A DNA stretch of 64,000 nt from Octopus bimaculoides (Eukaryota). A model generated the notes under the pieces. The model saw only the letters and a list, made by a program, of their open reading frames with translations. It was not told the DNA's origin and searched no databases. Below are positions 12,610-25,544 of the stretch, piece by piece; the stretch's first letter is position 1, and the number at the start of each line of letters is the position of its first letter. The stretch spans positions 91,919,189 through 91,983,188 of the forward strand of contig NC_068986.1 of assembly GCF_001194135.2 (NCBI RefSeq), in the 5' to 3' direction. Both the position numbers and the translations under genes were made by a program.

Positions 12610-13270
12610 GGGATTATATATCCCTATAAAAGCTCACAGGTTTTATATATCTAAACAAGTCAATGGCTTTTCATGCTTGTATAGAAACCCATGAGAAATT
12701 AAGCCCATGGAATTCTAAATCTCTATACAAGTCAATGGGATGCTATATCTCTATATTAGTTCATGGGCTTATATATCTCAACATAAGACCATAGAACTTT
12801 ATATCTCTATATAAGCCCATGGGTCTTTATTTCCCTATATAAACCCATGATTCTCTATATCACTATAATCCCATTGGACTATATCTATATAAGCCAACAG
12901 GATTTTATATCTCTGTACAAGTCCATGTGATTTTATATCTCTATAGAAGCCCATAGAATTTTCTATATCTGTAAAAGACCTTGAAATTCTACATCTCTAC
13001 ACAAGCTCATGTGTTCTTATATTTCTAGAGAAATTTATGTAATTCTGCAGGTTGTCTACAAAGTCTGGGTACATGGGGATTAACACATACTTTAAGAAAT
13101 TATCATTTCTTATATTTAATTGTTTATGTTATGATTTTCTTTACTCCATGTACCCAGACTTTGTGGACACCCTGTATATCACTCATGAAGTTTTCTATTA
13201 CTATAGAAGCTTTTGGAATTCTATTTCTCTATACAAGCCCATGGGTTTCTATAACTAAGCCCATCTCTTA
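12610..13270. repeat. Degenerate ~28-bp minisatellite (consensus about AAGCCCATGGGATTTTATATCTCTATAT)
   Basis: Recurrent CCCATG...TATATCTCTATA units, interrupted by a MITE. Confidence 0.75.
13048..13174. mobile_element. Tc1/mariner-type MITE
   Basis: TIRs CAGGTTGTCTACAAAGTCTGGGTACATGG / CCATGTACCCAGACTTTGTGGACACCCTG, with TA on the right flank. Confidence 0.8.
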
Positions 13271-13726
13271 CACCTCTAACCGTCCCGTTTTTATTTAAAT
13301 ACAGACATTGTGTTATCTAGAACTACATTATCTACTTTATTCTTCATTTTTCTCTCTTTTAGATGGTAGCATATGATTTGATGGAAGATTGGTTACTCTT
13401 TCTAAGAAGTGTACTGCTTACATATCTGGGGTAATGCATCAGAAACACAGAAACATTCTAAGCAAATCTTCACTCACCAACACACTGGGACCCTCAGTAC
13501 TCTCTATTCTCTTGCCTCTTATCACAGTCTCATGTGATCGACCAAACTATTGGATGTTGTTACACATCGTTGGTCACAATGTACTTCACATTGTTAAATC
13601 TTTCAGATGACGCCACCCTGCTGGCTAGGCAACATTCCTTTAATTGGATGGTTATCCCACAAGAGAGTGGGACCGGAACAACATGAAATGAAGTTCTTTG
13701 TCCAAAAACACAACGCGCCACATCAT

Positions 13727-14080
13727 CATCATCATTGTTTAACGTCCGCTTTCCATGCTAGCATGGGTTGGACGATTTGACTAAGGACTGGTGAACCAGA
13801 TGGCTACACCAGACTCCAATCTGATTTGGCAGAGTTTCTACAGCTGGATGCCCTTCCTAACGCCAACCACTCCGAGAGTGTAGTGGGTGTTTTTACGTGT
13901 CACCCGCACAAAGGCCAGTCAGGCAGCACTGGCAACGGCCATGCTCAAAATGGTGTATTTTACGTGCCACCCACACAAGTGCCAGTCCAGGGGCACTGGC
14001 AACGATCTTGCTCGAAAGTCCTTACACATGCCACGGGCACAAGTGCCAGAAAGGCGACGCTGGGCACAGGTGCCGGTCTG
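13727..14080 (-). mobile_element. Family R: (GAT)n-tailed retroelement 3' segment (RTE-like tail) with internal ~60-bp subrepeats
   Basis: + strand reads CATCATC-GTTTAACGTCCGCTTTCCATGCTAGCATGGGTTGG; many near-identical, variably truncated copies occur in the window. The RTE assignment is inferred. Confidence 0.7.
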
Positions 14081-16009
14081 GAAATCAAACCCATGATTTA
14101 ACGATTGTGAATACAATACTCTAAACACTCTGCCACACGCCTTCACTTTGCCGCTTATACCACTGCTATAATCGCTTCACTTCCTCTAAAATAGTGGTAC
14201 ATCACTCATGTTCACCAATATTCAAAATCCACAGAATATTTGTCTTTCACTGTAATACAACTCATCCCTCTAATCTGTCCGTCCGTCTATCTCCCCACCT
14301 TCTATATTTTTCTTATGGGCATTTGAACTTCAGTTACACTTACCACAACTGCATGGGAAGTCTTTCAAATGCTATGGACACAACTTCAATTCTTCAACCA
14401 AAATAACAAAATGGAAGTATTGTAATTCTAAACTGCTACGGCTGTGTAGTTAAAAAGGCTTGCTTCACAACCATATGATGTTGGTTTTAGGTTCAGTCTC
14501 ACTGCGGGTCAACTTCAGTAAATATTTTCTGCTATGACTCCAGACTAGTGACTAGATTTGGTTGACGGAAACCAAAACAATCCTGTCAATTGCATGTATT
14601 ATCTATCTGTCTATCTATGATTATACTTATCATCATAATTTTATGTGTGTGCATGTATGTATGCGTGTGTGTGTGTGTGATCATACTCATCATTGTCGTT
14701 TTATGAGTGTAAGGAATTTGAACCCATGCTGGGAAGAACCCAATTGGCACCTGAATGCAGCGGTTTTGATAATTAATGTCTCAGTGGTCCAATCACTAGA
14801 TCTAATGATCGATCGATTTATAGCACAAATGGATGAGTACTTCACAAACACTTATTTTCTGGTACAAGCCTTCCCACAGGATTCGACCTACTCAATGTCA
14901 CACGAGTCAACGAAGATGCTTGCAGTCGCTCAGCGTTGGGGAAATAGCAGCCAAGTCTCTCACAGCCTACTGTCTTAAAAACAAGACACATTGGATAATT
15001 TAGTCATAGATGCAGTCTCGAAAAAAAAAAAAGTCGTATTGATCATTGCCCTCTACCAATGCCACGTTAGTATGATGAAACCCGAGGCGAAATGATTGTA
15101 AAACGAATATCTTAAAACCACTTGGCCATGCCTGCATACATCTTCTGTATAAGAATGTGTAGATTAGTCCAAAGTCTGATAACGGGTGACGTAGGCAGTA
15201 GAGTTGATTAGGTGAAGTTTTCAACGACGTGGTTGCTGTTGACTTATGATCGTCAGCGATCCACATGTGACCGTCTCATCTTTTATTCAGATATACTAGC
15301 TTCAGGACTACATTTACCTATCTATTATTTCTCCTTCTTTTGGGATGGTGGCGTGAATTGCGAAAACTTTGACTGCTATTTCTAGCAAGTTGAGTGACCG
15401 CATAAAGCCTCCCACCTCTTTGGATCATTTGGGATTCGTGACGTGGTATATTGTTAAGTGTTAAGATAAGGTGGAAGTTTCTTTCATTTTAAAGTAAAGG
15501 ATATTTTTTATGAGTATTTTGCTGTTTTCTTCTGCCCAATACAGTAGAAAGAAATAAGTTAAAATGAGGTACTGCTTGTTATTCGTTTAAATCTTGAAAT
15601 TTGTCATTTTTTCAATTTAATTCCTTTTTATATATCTTTTATTTTTCTGTTCCGTCTCTTTATTTCATTCTTCGCTCTTTTTTCTTTTTTTTTCACTCAT
15701 CACTTTTAATTTAATCTTCCTCGTTATTGTTTTTTAATTTATTATCTTTATTTTTTTCTCTCTCTGCTTCTTCGCTCTGAGATAACGAGAAAAGGATTAT
15801 ATTATTGGTGCGATTTTTTAAAAATCGATCTCACAGATAAAAGTCATTCACGAAGGATTTGAACTCAGCCTGTTACCCTGTACCTGTTTCTCTAACTTCA
15901 GTCAGCTCCAAATAGCACGAGATATTTGGCGCCCGTAAGATGGGAGACAACTCTAAAGCTACTTAACACCGGTTGTTTCTCAGAACTTGATAAACACGCA
16001 TTTGTAAAC

Positions 16010-16077
16010 ATGCTTCGAAATTGTGTGAAAACATTGTTGGGTTTGAATTATAAAACGGCCACTCAACGTCTTATCTC
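16010..16077 (+). CDS. MMAB: MMAB coding exon 1 (mitochondrial-presequence-like)
   Basis: AAAC-ATG start. MLRNCVKTLLGLNYKTATQRLI is Arg/Lys-rich with no acidic residues. Ends TC|GTAAGT (phase 2), which joins exon 2 in frame as TCT (Ser). Not supported by homology. Confidence 0.7.
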
Positions 16078-16399
16078 GTAAGTTCCATTCCACTAGAATG
16101 CCGAACCATACCTTTTTATTTCCCCCCCCCCATAATTATATTCAAATGTTGCTTTATTTATTGTACCGCCAAGATTTGCTGAAGGTTGATGCATAATCGC
16201 ACTGGGAACCAGATAGACAGACATAGTCGAGATGTCAATTAGCTTATAGAAAATTTAAAAAGTTTAGTTCATTAGTTGTATAAAATTTTCTTTTATTTCC
16301 GTCTTCAACAGAAAAATATAGATCGATCTCGTTGATGTTATAAAACCTACGGGCTTCGTTCATCTCCCCCTCCTGCCCAAATGAGATATGGTTGAAGCA

Positions 16400-17290
16400 C
16401 ATAGGCTTCAGTTTTGCCAAAAGATTCGCGTGCCAGATACGGTCGATAGCTTTGTTAATGTTGAGAGTCAGAGCTCACTAATGAGTGACTTGGGAGTATA
16501 GATTTCCAGTAGATCTACCTTTGCGGAAGTCATAAAGGTAGTCACTAAAGAAGAAAAGGCATTGAAGGTGTTAGAGAAGGTTATTAATAATTACTGTCTC
16601 CATGACTTTTGAGTTGTTCGAAGTGAGTGCGATGCGACGATAGTTGGCAAGGTCAGTGGGGCTTAGGATGTATCCCTGGAAGAGAGAGAGAGAGAAGATG
16701 AAGAATTTAGTGTGGATAGCTCTAGCGGACTGGAAAGGACATTATCAGAACCATTAGGTTACTTGGCATGTATGTGCGTGTATGACAGTAAGTGAGCCTT
16801 GTGAAGTAGAAAAAGATAGTTTTGAAGATTTACCTACTGCTTACAACGTGGAGTTGGTTACAAAGGTTAGCAACAAATGTAGAGGCTTTGTCTGCATAAG
16901 TATTGATTACAGAACTATCGTTTTTAAGGAGTATTCTGCAGAATTGGTGGAGAGTCTTCTGGCAAAAGTCCAAAAGGATTGCTGCAGTTTCGGTGGCTGG
17001 AGAGAGCTGTGCGATGCACGAAGGCATCTGTCATTGTCTAGATGCTGATTTTGCTGGAGTTGCGGTGTAGGGTAATAGCTGTTTATTTCTAAGGGTTGGT
17101 AATTGTGGGAGGTTCACTTGGAGGTCTTGAAGTTGTTTGTGAGTTGTAAAGGAACAAGACTAAAGAGATGGGTTCAGCCACTTGCTTCATTATTTCCAAT
17201 TAAGTTCGAAGCATATATACTTCCAGCCTAAAACTAGCAGAATTCCCATTAGTTAACTGATCCAAAGTATCACGGGATGGTGTATGTGTA
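16400..17290 (-). mobile_element. Degraded LINE ORF2 fragment (CR1/L2-like endonuclease-RT linker)
   Basis: Broken frames with ...ADKASTFVANL.../...TNSTL, resembling the FW...DKA.LF...F.SNSTL linker; a similar segment lies at 21600-21880(+). Confidence 0.45.
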
Positions 17291-18318
17291 TGGTGAGGTA
17301 TTGGATAGTATGTGAATGTGAAATTAGATACCTTTAATTACATACATAATATATATACATATATGTATATATGTAATATTAGACTTAAATATATACATAA
17401 GAGTGAGAAGAAGGGGGGAAAAAATTCACCACCTTAGGTTGAAAAATTTTGGGGCACTGGGAAACCTCTCTCATGAAAGTGTGGTGGGGAGTTGTCATAA
17501 GTAAGTAGTCGGATGACTGGATAGATGTAGAGATAGTCATGGCTTGCCGGGTGAGAAGAAGACGGTGTTTGGGGTATCTGCGTATCAGTCAGAGGTGGTA
17601 GTGGGAGGTTTATATCAATCGATGTTGGGAATTGGGGACTACGAACGGTTCGGTTTTTGCTCCGGCATCAACAGTATGGGATAAGCGTGAGAGCCAAAGT
17701 ATGGAAATATGCTACACGGAAAGAATATCAATCTTGAACACTCGTATTTTAAACGTAAAAAAAAAAAATATTGTAAATAGTAGACGCATATAAATATTTA
17801 AACTAATATGTAATATTGAAATTAAGGTTCAAAAATTAACAAATGTCTTGTTTTTCTCTCTTTGAATGTAATTTTTTTTTGGGGGGGGGGGCGAAACTGA
17901 AAGTATTTAACAAATAAATGTCTCAAAACAAAGTACAAATAAATTTAGCTGAACAATTATCTGATGAATGTATTTAGTAAACACTATTCTTTCCCCTCCC
18001 CATCGAAATTGATAGGCTGGTCTTTGAGGAATGCCTTTAATCAAAAGTCTGCTCGGAAAGAGCGATTTGAAGTTGAAAAACTTTTGAACAAGAGAAGTAA
18101 TTGGGTAGTTGCATTTTTTGTTGCCTTGATATTTTCATGCTTCATATGTAAAGATATGCAAAATAACTCATCTGCGTTTTGCCCAGGACAGCTTATTTCT
18201 GTATTCAATGCTAACACCTATACCTAAAGACTATTTAATCCAGTGATCTGCTCAGTAGATGTCCTCTTTCTCGATCCACTAAATTATACAACTATGTCAA
18301 TATTACTTTAAAATTTAA

Positions 18319-18790
18319 GGCAGTGAACTGGCAAAATTGTTAGCATGCTGGGCAAAATGCTTAGTGATATTTCGTCTGCCATTATGTCCTGAATTCAAAT
18401 TCTGCCAAGGTTGACTTTGCTTTTCATCCTTTCAGGGTCGCTTAAATAAGTACTAGTTACGCACTGGGGTCAATGTAATCGACTTAATCCTTTACCCCAA
18501 ATTTACCTTAATCCTTTACTAATCCGTTACTCCAAATGTGCTTCTAGTAGAAAGGAATATTACTTTGAAATTTATGGTGGTGAGTTGGCACAATTGTTAG
18601 CACACTGGACAAAATGCTAAGAATTTTGTCTGTCTTTACATTTTGAGTTCAAATTCTGCCAAGGCCAACTTAGCCTTTTATCCTTTCGGGGTCAGTAAAA
18701 TAAATACCAACTGAGTACTGGGGTCAATGTAATCGACTTGCCTCCTCCCCTAAACTTGCTGGCCTTGTGCCAAAATTTGAAACTGATATT
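18319..18790 (+). mobile_element. Tandem pair of S2 SINEs
   Basis: Two consecutive diverged S2 copies. Confidence 0.7.
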
Positions 18791-18899
18791 ACACTGAAAT
18801 TGTATTTTAATTTAACAATGAACTGATTAATAGCAATATTTGGTGGATATTGAAAGAGTTGAAACTACATAAGATAATGGTTTGTTATTTCTTATTCAG

Positions 18900-18952
18900 T
18901 TCCAGTTCGGTGAGCAGTGCTGTGAAAATTTATACCAAAACTGGAGACAAAG
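18900..18952 (+). CDS. MMAB: MMAB coding exon 2
   Basis: TTTCTTATTCAG acceptor; encodes SSSVSSAV-KIYTKTGDKG, the conserved ATP-binding motif of PduO-type adenosyltransferases; G|GTTAGT donor. Confidence 0.92.
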
Positions 18953-18968
18953 GTTAGTTATGCATTTT

Positions 18969-19353
18969 AGGAGTGGCTGTGTGGTAAGGAGCTTGCTTAC
19001 AAACCGCATGGTTCCGGGTTCAGTTCCACTGCGTGGCACCTTGGGCGAGTGTCTTCTACTATAGCCTTGGGCCGACCAAAGCCTTGTGAGTGGATTTGGT
19101 AGACGGAAACTGAAAGAAGCCCATCGTATGTGTGTGTATATGTTTGTGTGTCTGTGTTTGGTCCCCCCCCCTTCCAACATCGCTTGACAACTGATGGGGT
19201 GTGTTTACGTCCCTGTAACTTAGCGGTTCGGCAAAAGAGACCGATAGAATAAGTACTAGGCTTACACAGAATAAGTCCTGGGGTCGATTTGCTCGTCTAA
19301 AGGCGGTGCTCCAGCATGGCCACCGTCAAATGGCTGAAACAAGTAAAAGAGTA
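18969..19353 (+). mobile_element. SINE family S1 (GGAGTGGCTGTGTGGTAAG head, internal microsatellite), full length
   Basis: tRNA-like head with GGTTCAGTTCC B-box-like motif; more than 10 homologous copies in the window; begins 16 nt after the exon 2 donor. Confidence 0.85.
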
Positions 19354-19973
19354 ATTACTTAATTGATTAATAAATTTTTGTCACTACTACTACTACTACT
19401 AAGACAGTGGATTGACAGAATCATTTGAGTGATCAGTTTGGAAAGAACTGATCTAAAATGGTTGTAAAGCAAGTGAATCACGGAGAACAGAACACTTCAT
19501 CATAAAGCAGGTACTTTGTAAACAGGACTTGGTCTCAGTCCCAGTGAATGTTCAGCTTGAACATGTCTGTAACATCTGAAGAAAGTTCTGTTGGTCCAAA
19601 GCCAGACTTGCTAGTCATATGAGGTCATGTGATAACATTTACCAATTGAAGAAGATGTCCTTCTTCTGTAAAGAAGTGACAATTGTCGTGTGTGTGTGTG
19701 TGTCCTTGTCTTCACATCACACAATAGATTTAAACAATTGTCACCATCATATATAAGTTGTGTTTGTCATTCTAGTCATCTCTGAAAACATATCTGGCCA
19801 TGGGGTAATATTTCTTTGTTTAGAAACAAGTGAGGGTTGGTGACTGGAAAGGCATCCACTTACAGAAAATCTACCTTAACAAATCACACTGATGCAAGCA
19901 TGGAAAAGTAGACATAGAAACGATGAAGATGATGATGATAGTCATGAATACTTAGGTGAAGGCATACACATTT

Positions 19974-20015
<42 letters not shown>

Positions 20016-20025
20016 TACCTAGCAC

Positions 20026-20260
20026 AGGCGCCGAGCTGGCAGACACGTTACCATGCCAGGCGAAATGCTTAGCGGTATTTCGTCTGCCGTTACGTTCCGA
20101 GTTCAAATTCCGCCGAGGTCGACTTTGCCTTTCATCCTTTCGGGGGTCGATAAATTAAGTACCAGTTACGCACTGGGGTCGATGTAATCGACTTAATCTC
20201 TTTGTCTGTCCTTGTTTGTCCCCTTTATGTTTAGCCCCTTGTGGGCAATAAAGAAATAAG
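20026..20260 (+). mobile_element. S2 SINE, CpG-intact (young) copy
   Basis: Retains CpGs that are decayed in other S2 copies. Confidence 0.8.
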
Positions 20261-20299
20261 AATACCTAGCACAGACATACAAGTGAAAACATGTATGCG

Positions 20300-20333
<34 letters not shown>

Positions 20334-20687
20334 TTCACCTGAAATAGGGTTGAAGACTTTGATAACAACAATGATGATGATGATGATGGTGGTAATGCTT
20401 TCTGCATCAATGGTGATGAGCATTGATGATGATTATGCTGCTGCTGATAAGGATAATATTAGTGATGCAAATAAAGAAGATGATAAAAGTGATAATAGTC
20501 ATGATGATGTAGATAATATGGTGATAGAGATGATGATAGGAATATTAGCAAGACTGATGATAATGTTTGTTGAAAATAACACTGATAATGATCATAATAA
20601 CTATAGAACATCCACTATTATATCCTGTCCCTCTCTCTCTCTCACTCCATCTCTCTTACTCTCTATCTTTATTCCCTCAAAACACAG

Positions 20688-20781
20688 GCAAGTCCTCAAC
20701 ATTTACAGGAGAAAGGAGATTCAAGGATGACCTGATATTTGATGCTCTTGGTTCAACAGATGAACTCTCATCTGCTATTGG
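20688..20781 (+). CDS. MMAB: MMAB coding exon 3 (94 nt)
   Basis: CACAG|GC AAG TCC...ATT GG|GTATGT; encodes [32 protein letters not shown] (human [31 protein letters not shown]). Confidence 0.97.
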
Positions 20782-21599
20782 GTATGTATCTATTTATTTA
20801 TGTGTCTGTCTGGCCATCCATATATCCATCTATCCCTCCCTCTCTCATATATCACGTTCTATAGTCTTTCTATTTTCTATATACCCACTACTTTACTAGG
20901 GAAAATGGCCTTAAAATAGCCTTGTGCTGTTATCTTTACATTCTAATCCTGCCACATTCCAAGCGCCTTTAATCACTTTCTCACTTCTAAACATCTCTAG
21001 CTAGCCATCACCTATAACCAGACCAGTTTGGTCACTTTCTTATCGTGTCCATCTTCTACACATCTGCATACAATGCAGCCATGTCCATCCCTACCTCCTG
21101 GACCTGCTGGCACTTCAAGTCAACTGACTGATCAGTAGTCTGCTTGCTTTGCTTGTTTTCTGACAGCAGGTCTATTGTACTGCTGACTCATCAGGTAACC
21201 GTTAAGTGGCTGACTGAAACACTCCTTTTGCATATGTCTGTATATGTTTTCCACACAACCAAACCTTGCATCTCCAATTCCTCCAAGTGGTTCACTCATA
21301 GTTGCATTGTAGCATTTCAGGCAATGAACATAGCCTACAACATTCAGAGAAAATTATCCTCACTTACAAAGTGGACAGGGTAACTGGCACCTCAATTCCT
21401 GCTAGACCACTAATTCTTGTTTTGTTTTTTGTTTTTTTTCTATGTATATAATAAAACTTTTAAGCAGATGGTGATTGTAACACTTTTTGTGCCTTGTTCA
21501 GTTTGATGGTGATTGAAAAAAAAAAAAAGAACTGTAGAAAATTACAGCAGCATATCTTTAATCAGCAGTCTCTAATCTTTAGAAAAAATTACCCACCCC

Positions 21600-21880
21600 T
21601 ACAAACTGAACAGCTTTTCATCCAGCCTTTTAACTCCTACAAGATCACCATTTGCACTGTGAAGGATGCCTCTTCACACGGCACTACCTCCGACCTCTCT
21701 TGCTTCCCAAACTGCTGCCAATTCTTTTGTCTTTTGTCAAAAAGACCTCCATCAACTTTTGGGAATCCTTCCCATACCTTCTCAAATCTGAAAGTTCTGT
21801 AATCAGTGCTTCAGCAGAGAAAGCCTCCTTATTTGTTATCTACTTTGTATTCAACTCTGCACCATTTTTGTAGACAATAA
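21600..21880 (+). mobile_element. Degraded LINE ORF2 fragment
   Basis: ORF 21652-21873 contains INFWESF...SAEKASLF...FNSA, the same linker type as 16400-17290. Confidence 0.4.
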
Positions 21881-23191
21881 GACGTAATTTTTGAGAAATT
21901 TCGCTTTATTTTTAGCATGCTGAACTGTGAAATACAGGCTTCCTCTTGGACTCATACTAGTGTTGGTGTAATATAAATTATGAGCACAAATGTTTACGCA
22001 ATATAAAGAGCTTCAAGTTATTTCTCCCGAATCTGCTTCCATCAATACAAGGGATGTAACTCTTGTTGAATTTTGGCGTGTGTTATTTCCCTTGGTTAAT
22101 TGCCGTGTTTGTACCAAGTGTTGAGATATTGAGTGTTTGTTCACCTCTTTACACGACTTGAAAGGAAAAGATAGCAAAAACAGAGATAAAGTGAAAGACA
22201 AAGAATTAAATTGAGGGTGACGTAGAAAGAGGTAGAGATAGTTAGATAGGTAGAGAAAGAGAGAGAGGTGGGGGGAGTTATCGTTTTAAAAGAAAATTTG
22301 TAATAGACAAAGTGAAAGATGTTCACCAGATGTTTATGTGAAACGAAGAGAAATACATATAGCCGAGCTGTTGTTGTTGTTAAGCTATTAAATCAAAGCA
22401 GGATGTAGATACAAATAGTTACCTGCAAAATTATTCCAAAAGTAAGTTTCCAGCTATAATCAGAACCTCTCATTATTTAGAGAAAACCTACCACTTTATC
22501 AGGGTGTCATTACTGGAGCTACCAGTAAATAAAAACCTTTTAGTGAAGGGGATGCCCCAATGATGCAGTAGTTTTTATGTCACATTACTTACTAATGTGT
22601 TGACTGATAACTTTTTTGAGTGGAACTTAGTTGACAGAAAGTGTATAGAAGCCCAGCAACCTAATCTGGTCCCATCTTTCATAGATTAGCTTCTCACTTA
22701 CTATATAGCTAATACCCTCTCTACCATAGTCCCACTCAGCTGCAGGTCATCTTAGTTATGTGAACTACATGGTGATCTCACTAGTGCTGGTGCTATGAAA
22801 AAAAGTACCCAGTACAATCTGTAAAGTAATTGGTGTTTGGAAGTGCATTCAGCTGTAGAAACCTTGCCCAAGTGGATATTGGAGCATGACACAGTCATGC
22901 TCCAATATCAAACCATCCAACCCACACCAGTATGAAAGATGATGACGAGGGCACACACACACACACACGTGTGCACGTGTGTGTTTGTGCTTATGTGATT
23001 GACCTAACACAGCACAAGTTATTAGAAAAACTGGTTTCATCTTGCTGATGTAACTTAGCCATTTGATAAAAGAAGTACCAGAGTGAAATAAGTCTTTGAG
23101 TATTAGATGACCAGCTAAAAGTGCTTGAAGTTGTGTCTCAGTATAGCTATTGTTCAGTGACTGAAACCAGTCAATGTATAAAAGAACTATC

Positions 23192-24071
23192 GGTGCTACT
23201 TTGGTGTGTAATCTACAACTTACAGGGCTTTAGGTTACTTTGTGCTAGTGCTACTTTGGCGTGTGATCTACGCGAGCAAATTTACTTTGGTATGTGATCT
23301 ATGCGCTTAATTTAATTATCATATCGTTTATTCTTGGTTTCTTTATTTACTAAGACATAAACAAAACAAGATTTTATTATCATTAAAATAATTTTATCGA
23401 TGAATTGAGCGAACATCTGCTAGAAACACAAGAAATGCATCTTCAGTACCCTTCCTCATCAACAGAAATAATCAAGGTGAGATTGGAAGGCCTTTGGATT
23501 GAAGAAAGGTGCAGATTCCTGCTATCTTTATGTAGAAAAAGGAAATCTTGAAAGACTTGAACCTATAATTCAAAGAGAAGTTGCAGAAAATTTGGTTATT
23601 CATTCCAACGAATGGCCAGCATACTCCAATCTAAATTGTCTACATTTCCGCCATTCTATTGTCAACCAACAAAGACATTGTGTTGATCCAAACACTGGAA
23701 CCAATATTCAAGCAATTGAAAGAACCTAATTGTATTCGAAAATTCATAGTTTGAAAAAGATGAGAGGAGTGAACCAAAGAACCTTCCAATCTCCTCTTGA
23801 TTATTTCTGTTGGCTATGGTTGAGGAAGAGTGCTGAAGACGTATTTCTTGTGTTTCTAGCAGATGTTCGCTCAATTCATCGATAAAATTATTTTGATAAT
23901 AATAAAACCATGTTTTATTTATGTCTTAGTATTTAAGGAAACCAAGAATAAATATAATAATTAAAATAAGCGTGTAGATCACACACCAAAGTAGCACTAG
24001 CACAAAGTAAACTAACAAGTAACTGAAAGTAATTGCCCTTTAAGTTGTAGATCACACGCCAAAGTAGTACT
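23192..24071 (+). mobile_element. Merlin (IS1595/IS1016-like) DNA transposon derivative with ~290-bp inverted arms
   Basis: ORF 23499-23729: LEPIIQREV...IHSNEWPAYSNL...VNQQRHCVDPNTGTNIQAIERT*, a DDE_IS1595 pattern that continues past the stop. Perfect 8-bp TSD GAACTATC (23184-23191, 24072-24079). Subterminal ACTTTGGYGTGTGATCTAC repeats. Confidence 0.88.
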
Positions 24072-24130
24072 GAACTATCATTATTATCATCATTGTCATC
24101 TTCCTCATCATTGTCTTTGTCATTTTTCAG

Positions 24131-24188
24131 GTTTGCTGCTGAACTATGTAAAGAGAAAGGTCATACAATGGATAACAGATTTCAAACT
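24131..24188 (+). CDS. MMAB: MMAB coding exon 4 (58 nt)
   Basis: CATTTTTCAG|G TTT GCT GCT GAA...CAA ACT|GTAAGT; encodes FAAELCKEKGHTMDNRFQT (human FALELVTEKGHTFAEELQK). Confidence 0.95.
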
Positions 24189-24387
24189 GTAAGTGAGGCT
24201 CTCTTGCTATTTCTTTTTTATTTTAATGTTTTCGTTAGAAGAGGAAACACAATTTTCATGAATTTTTTCAGGGTCTCAGTGACTGGTGGTAGTAAAGGAT
24301 CAGGTATCCTTAAACCAAAGGCCTTTCCTAAATGCTTGAAACTGTGTGCCACTGTGTACACTGCTGAAGGCAAATGAGGGCCAGAAG

Positions 24388-24733
24388 TTCTAGGTTCAGT
24401 CCCACTGCGTGGCACCTTGGGCAAGTGTCTTCTACTATAGCCTCGGGCTGACCAAAACCTTGTGAGTAGATTTGGTAGATGGAAACTGAAAGAAACCTGT
24501 CGTATATATATATGTATATATGTGTGTGTGTATGTTTTTGTGTCTGTGTTTGTCCCCCAACATCGCTTGACAATCGATGCTGGTGTGTTTACATCCCTGT
24601 AACTTAGCAGTTCGGCAAAAGAGACGATAGAATAAGTACTAAGCTTACAAAGAATAAGTCCTGGGGTCGATTTCTTTGACTAAAGGCGGTGCTCCAACGT
24701 GGCCACAGTCAAATGACTGAAACAAGTAAAAGA
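24388..24733 (+). mobile_element. S1 SINE, 5'-truncated
   Basis: Homology to 18969-19353. Confidence 0.8.
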
Positions 24734-24782
24734 GTGAAAAGAGTAAAGAGTAACATGGTAAAATATGGCAACAAAAGGGTTA

Positions 24783-25000
24783 AGGTGGTAAGATGGCAGA
24801 ATTGTTAGCACACTGGGCAAAATGCTTAGTTGCATTTCGTCTGTCTTCACATTTTAAGTTCAAACCCCACCGAGGTTGACTTTGTCTTTTATTCTTTTGG
24901 GGGTTGTTAAAATAAGTATCAGTTGAGCACTGGGGTTGATGTAATTGATTTACCTCCTTCCCCCTGAAATTGCTGGCCTTGTGCCAAAATTTGAAACCAT
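24783..25000 (+). mobile_element. S2 SINE
   Basis: Homology to 20026-20260. Confidence 0.7.
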
Positions 25001-25544
25001 TATTATTATTTCTTTATCAAAAGAATGATGGTATTTGATAGTTTTTGTCAAAGAAGTAGATTTAGCTGACTGGTCTCAATGTTGCTTATTTTCAAGAGCA
25101 AAGTGTATTTGATGTCATTAAGCTATGTTAGTTACTGGTTGCTGGTGTCATCTTCCGCTGTTAAGTTAACCTTTTTCACAAGTGGGGTTACCAAACCTCC
25201 ACCACAGCTACTTACACTTATACAGCTGTCTTCACACTAAGCCAGCTGCAATATCTATCACATGGCTGTGTCCAACTCAAGAGTTAGGGTTAGGTGGCTA
25301 GGCGGAATCAGTGGAGGAACAGCAGGCAGAATTTCATATGTTATTTAGAATCTGAATTCAAGTCTTGCTGAAACGAAACTCTTTATTGAAAAGTATTTTA
25401 TTTGCAGCATAGTAGTGACCACAGTTGATCTGAAGGAAAGAAATGATATTACCAACGACTGTTGCGCTCATTTCCATAATGGTGCTTGCTGTCTAGGCTA
25501 ATGCACACTATATCTTCCAACTTAAAAAAGAAGAGTTAAAGATA

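Noticed and set aside
17964-18227. 87-aa ORF as an alternative MMAB first exon
   Set aside because: It has no suitable phase-2 donor and no homology; 16010-16077 fits better.
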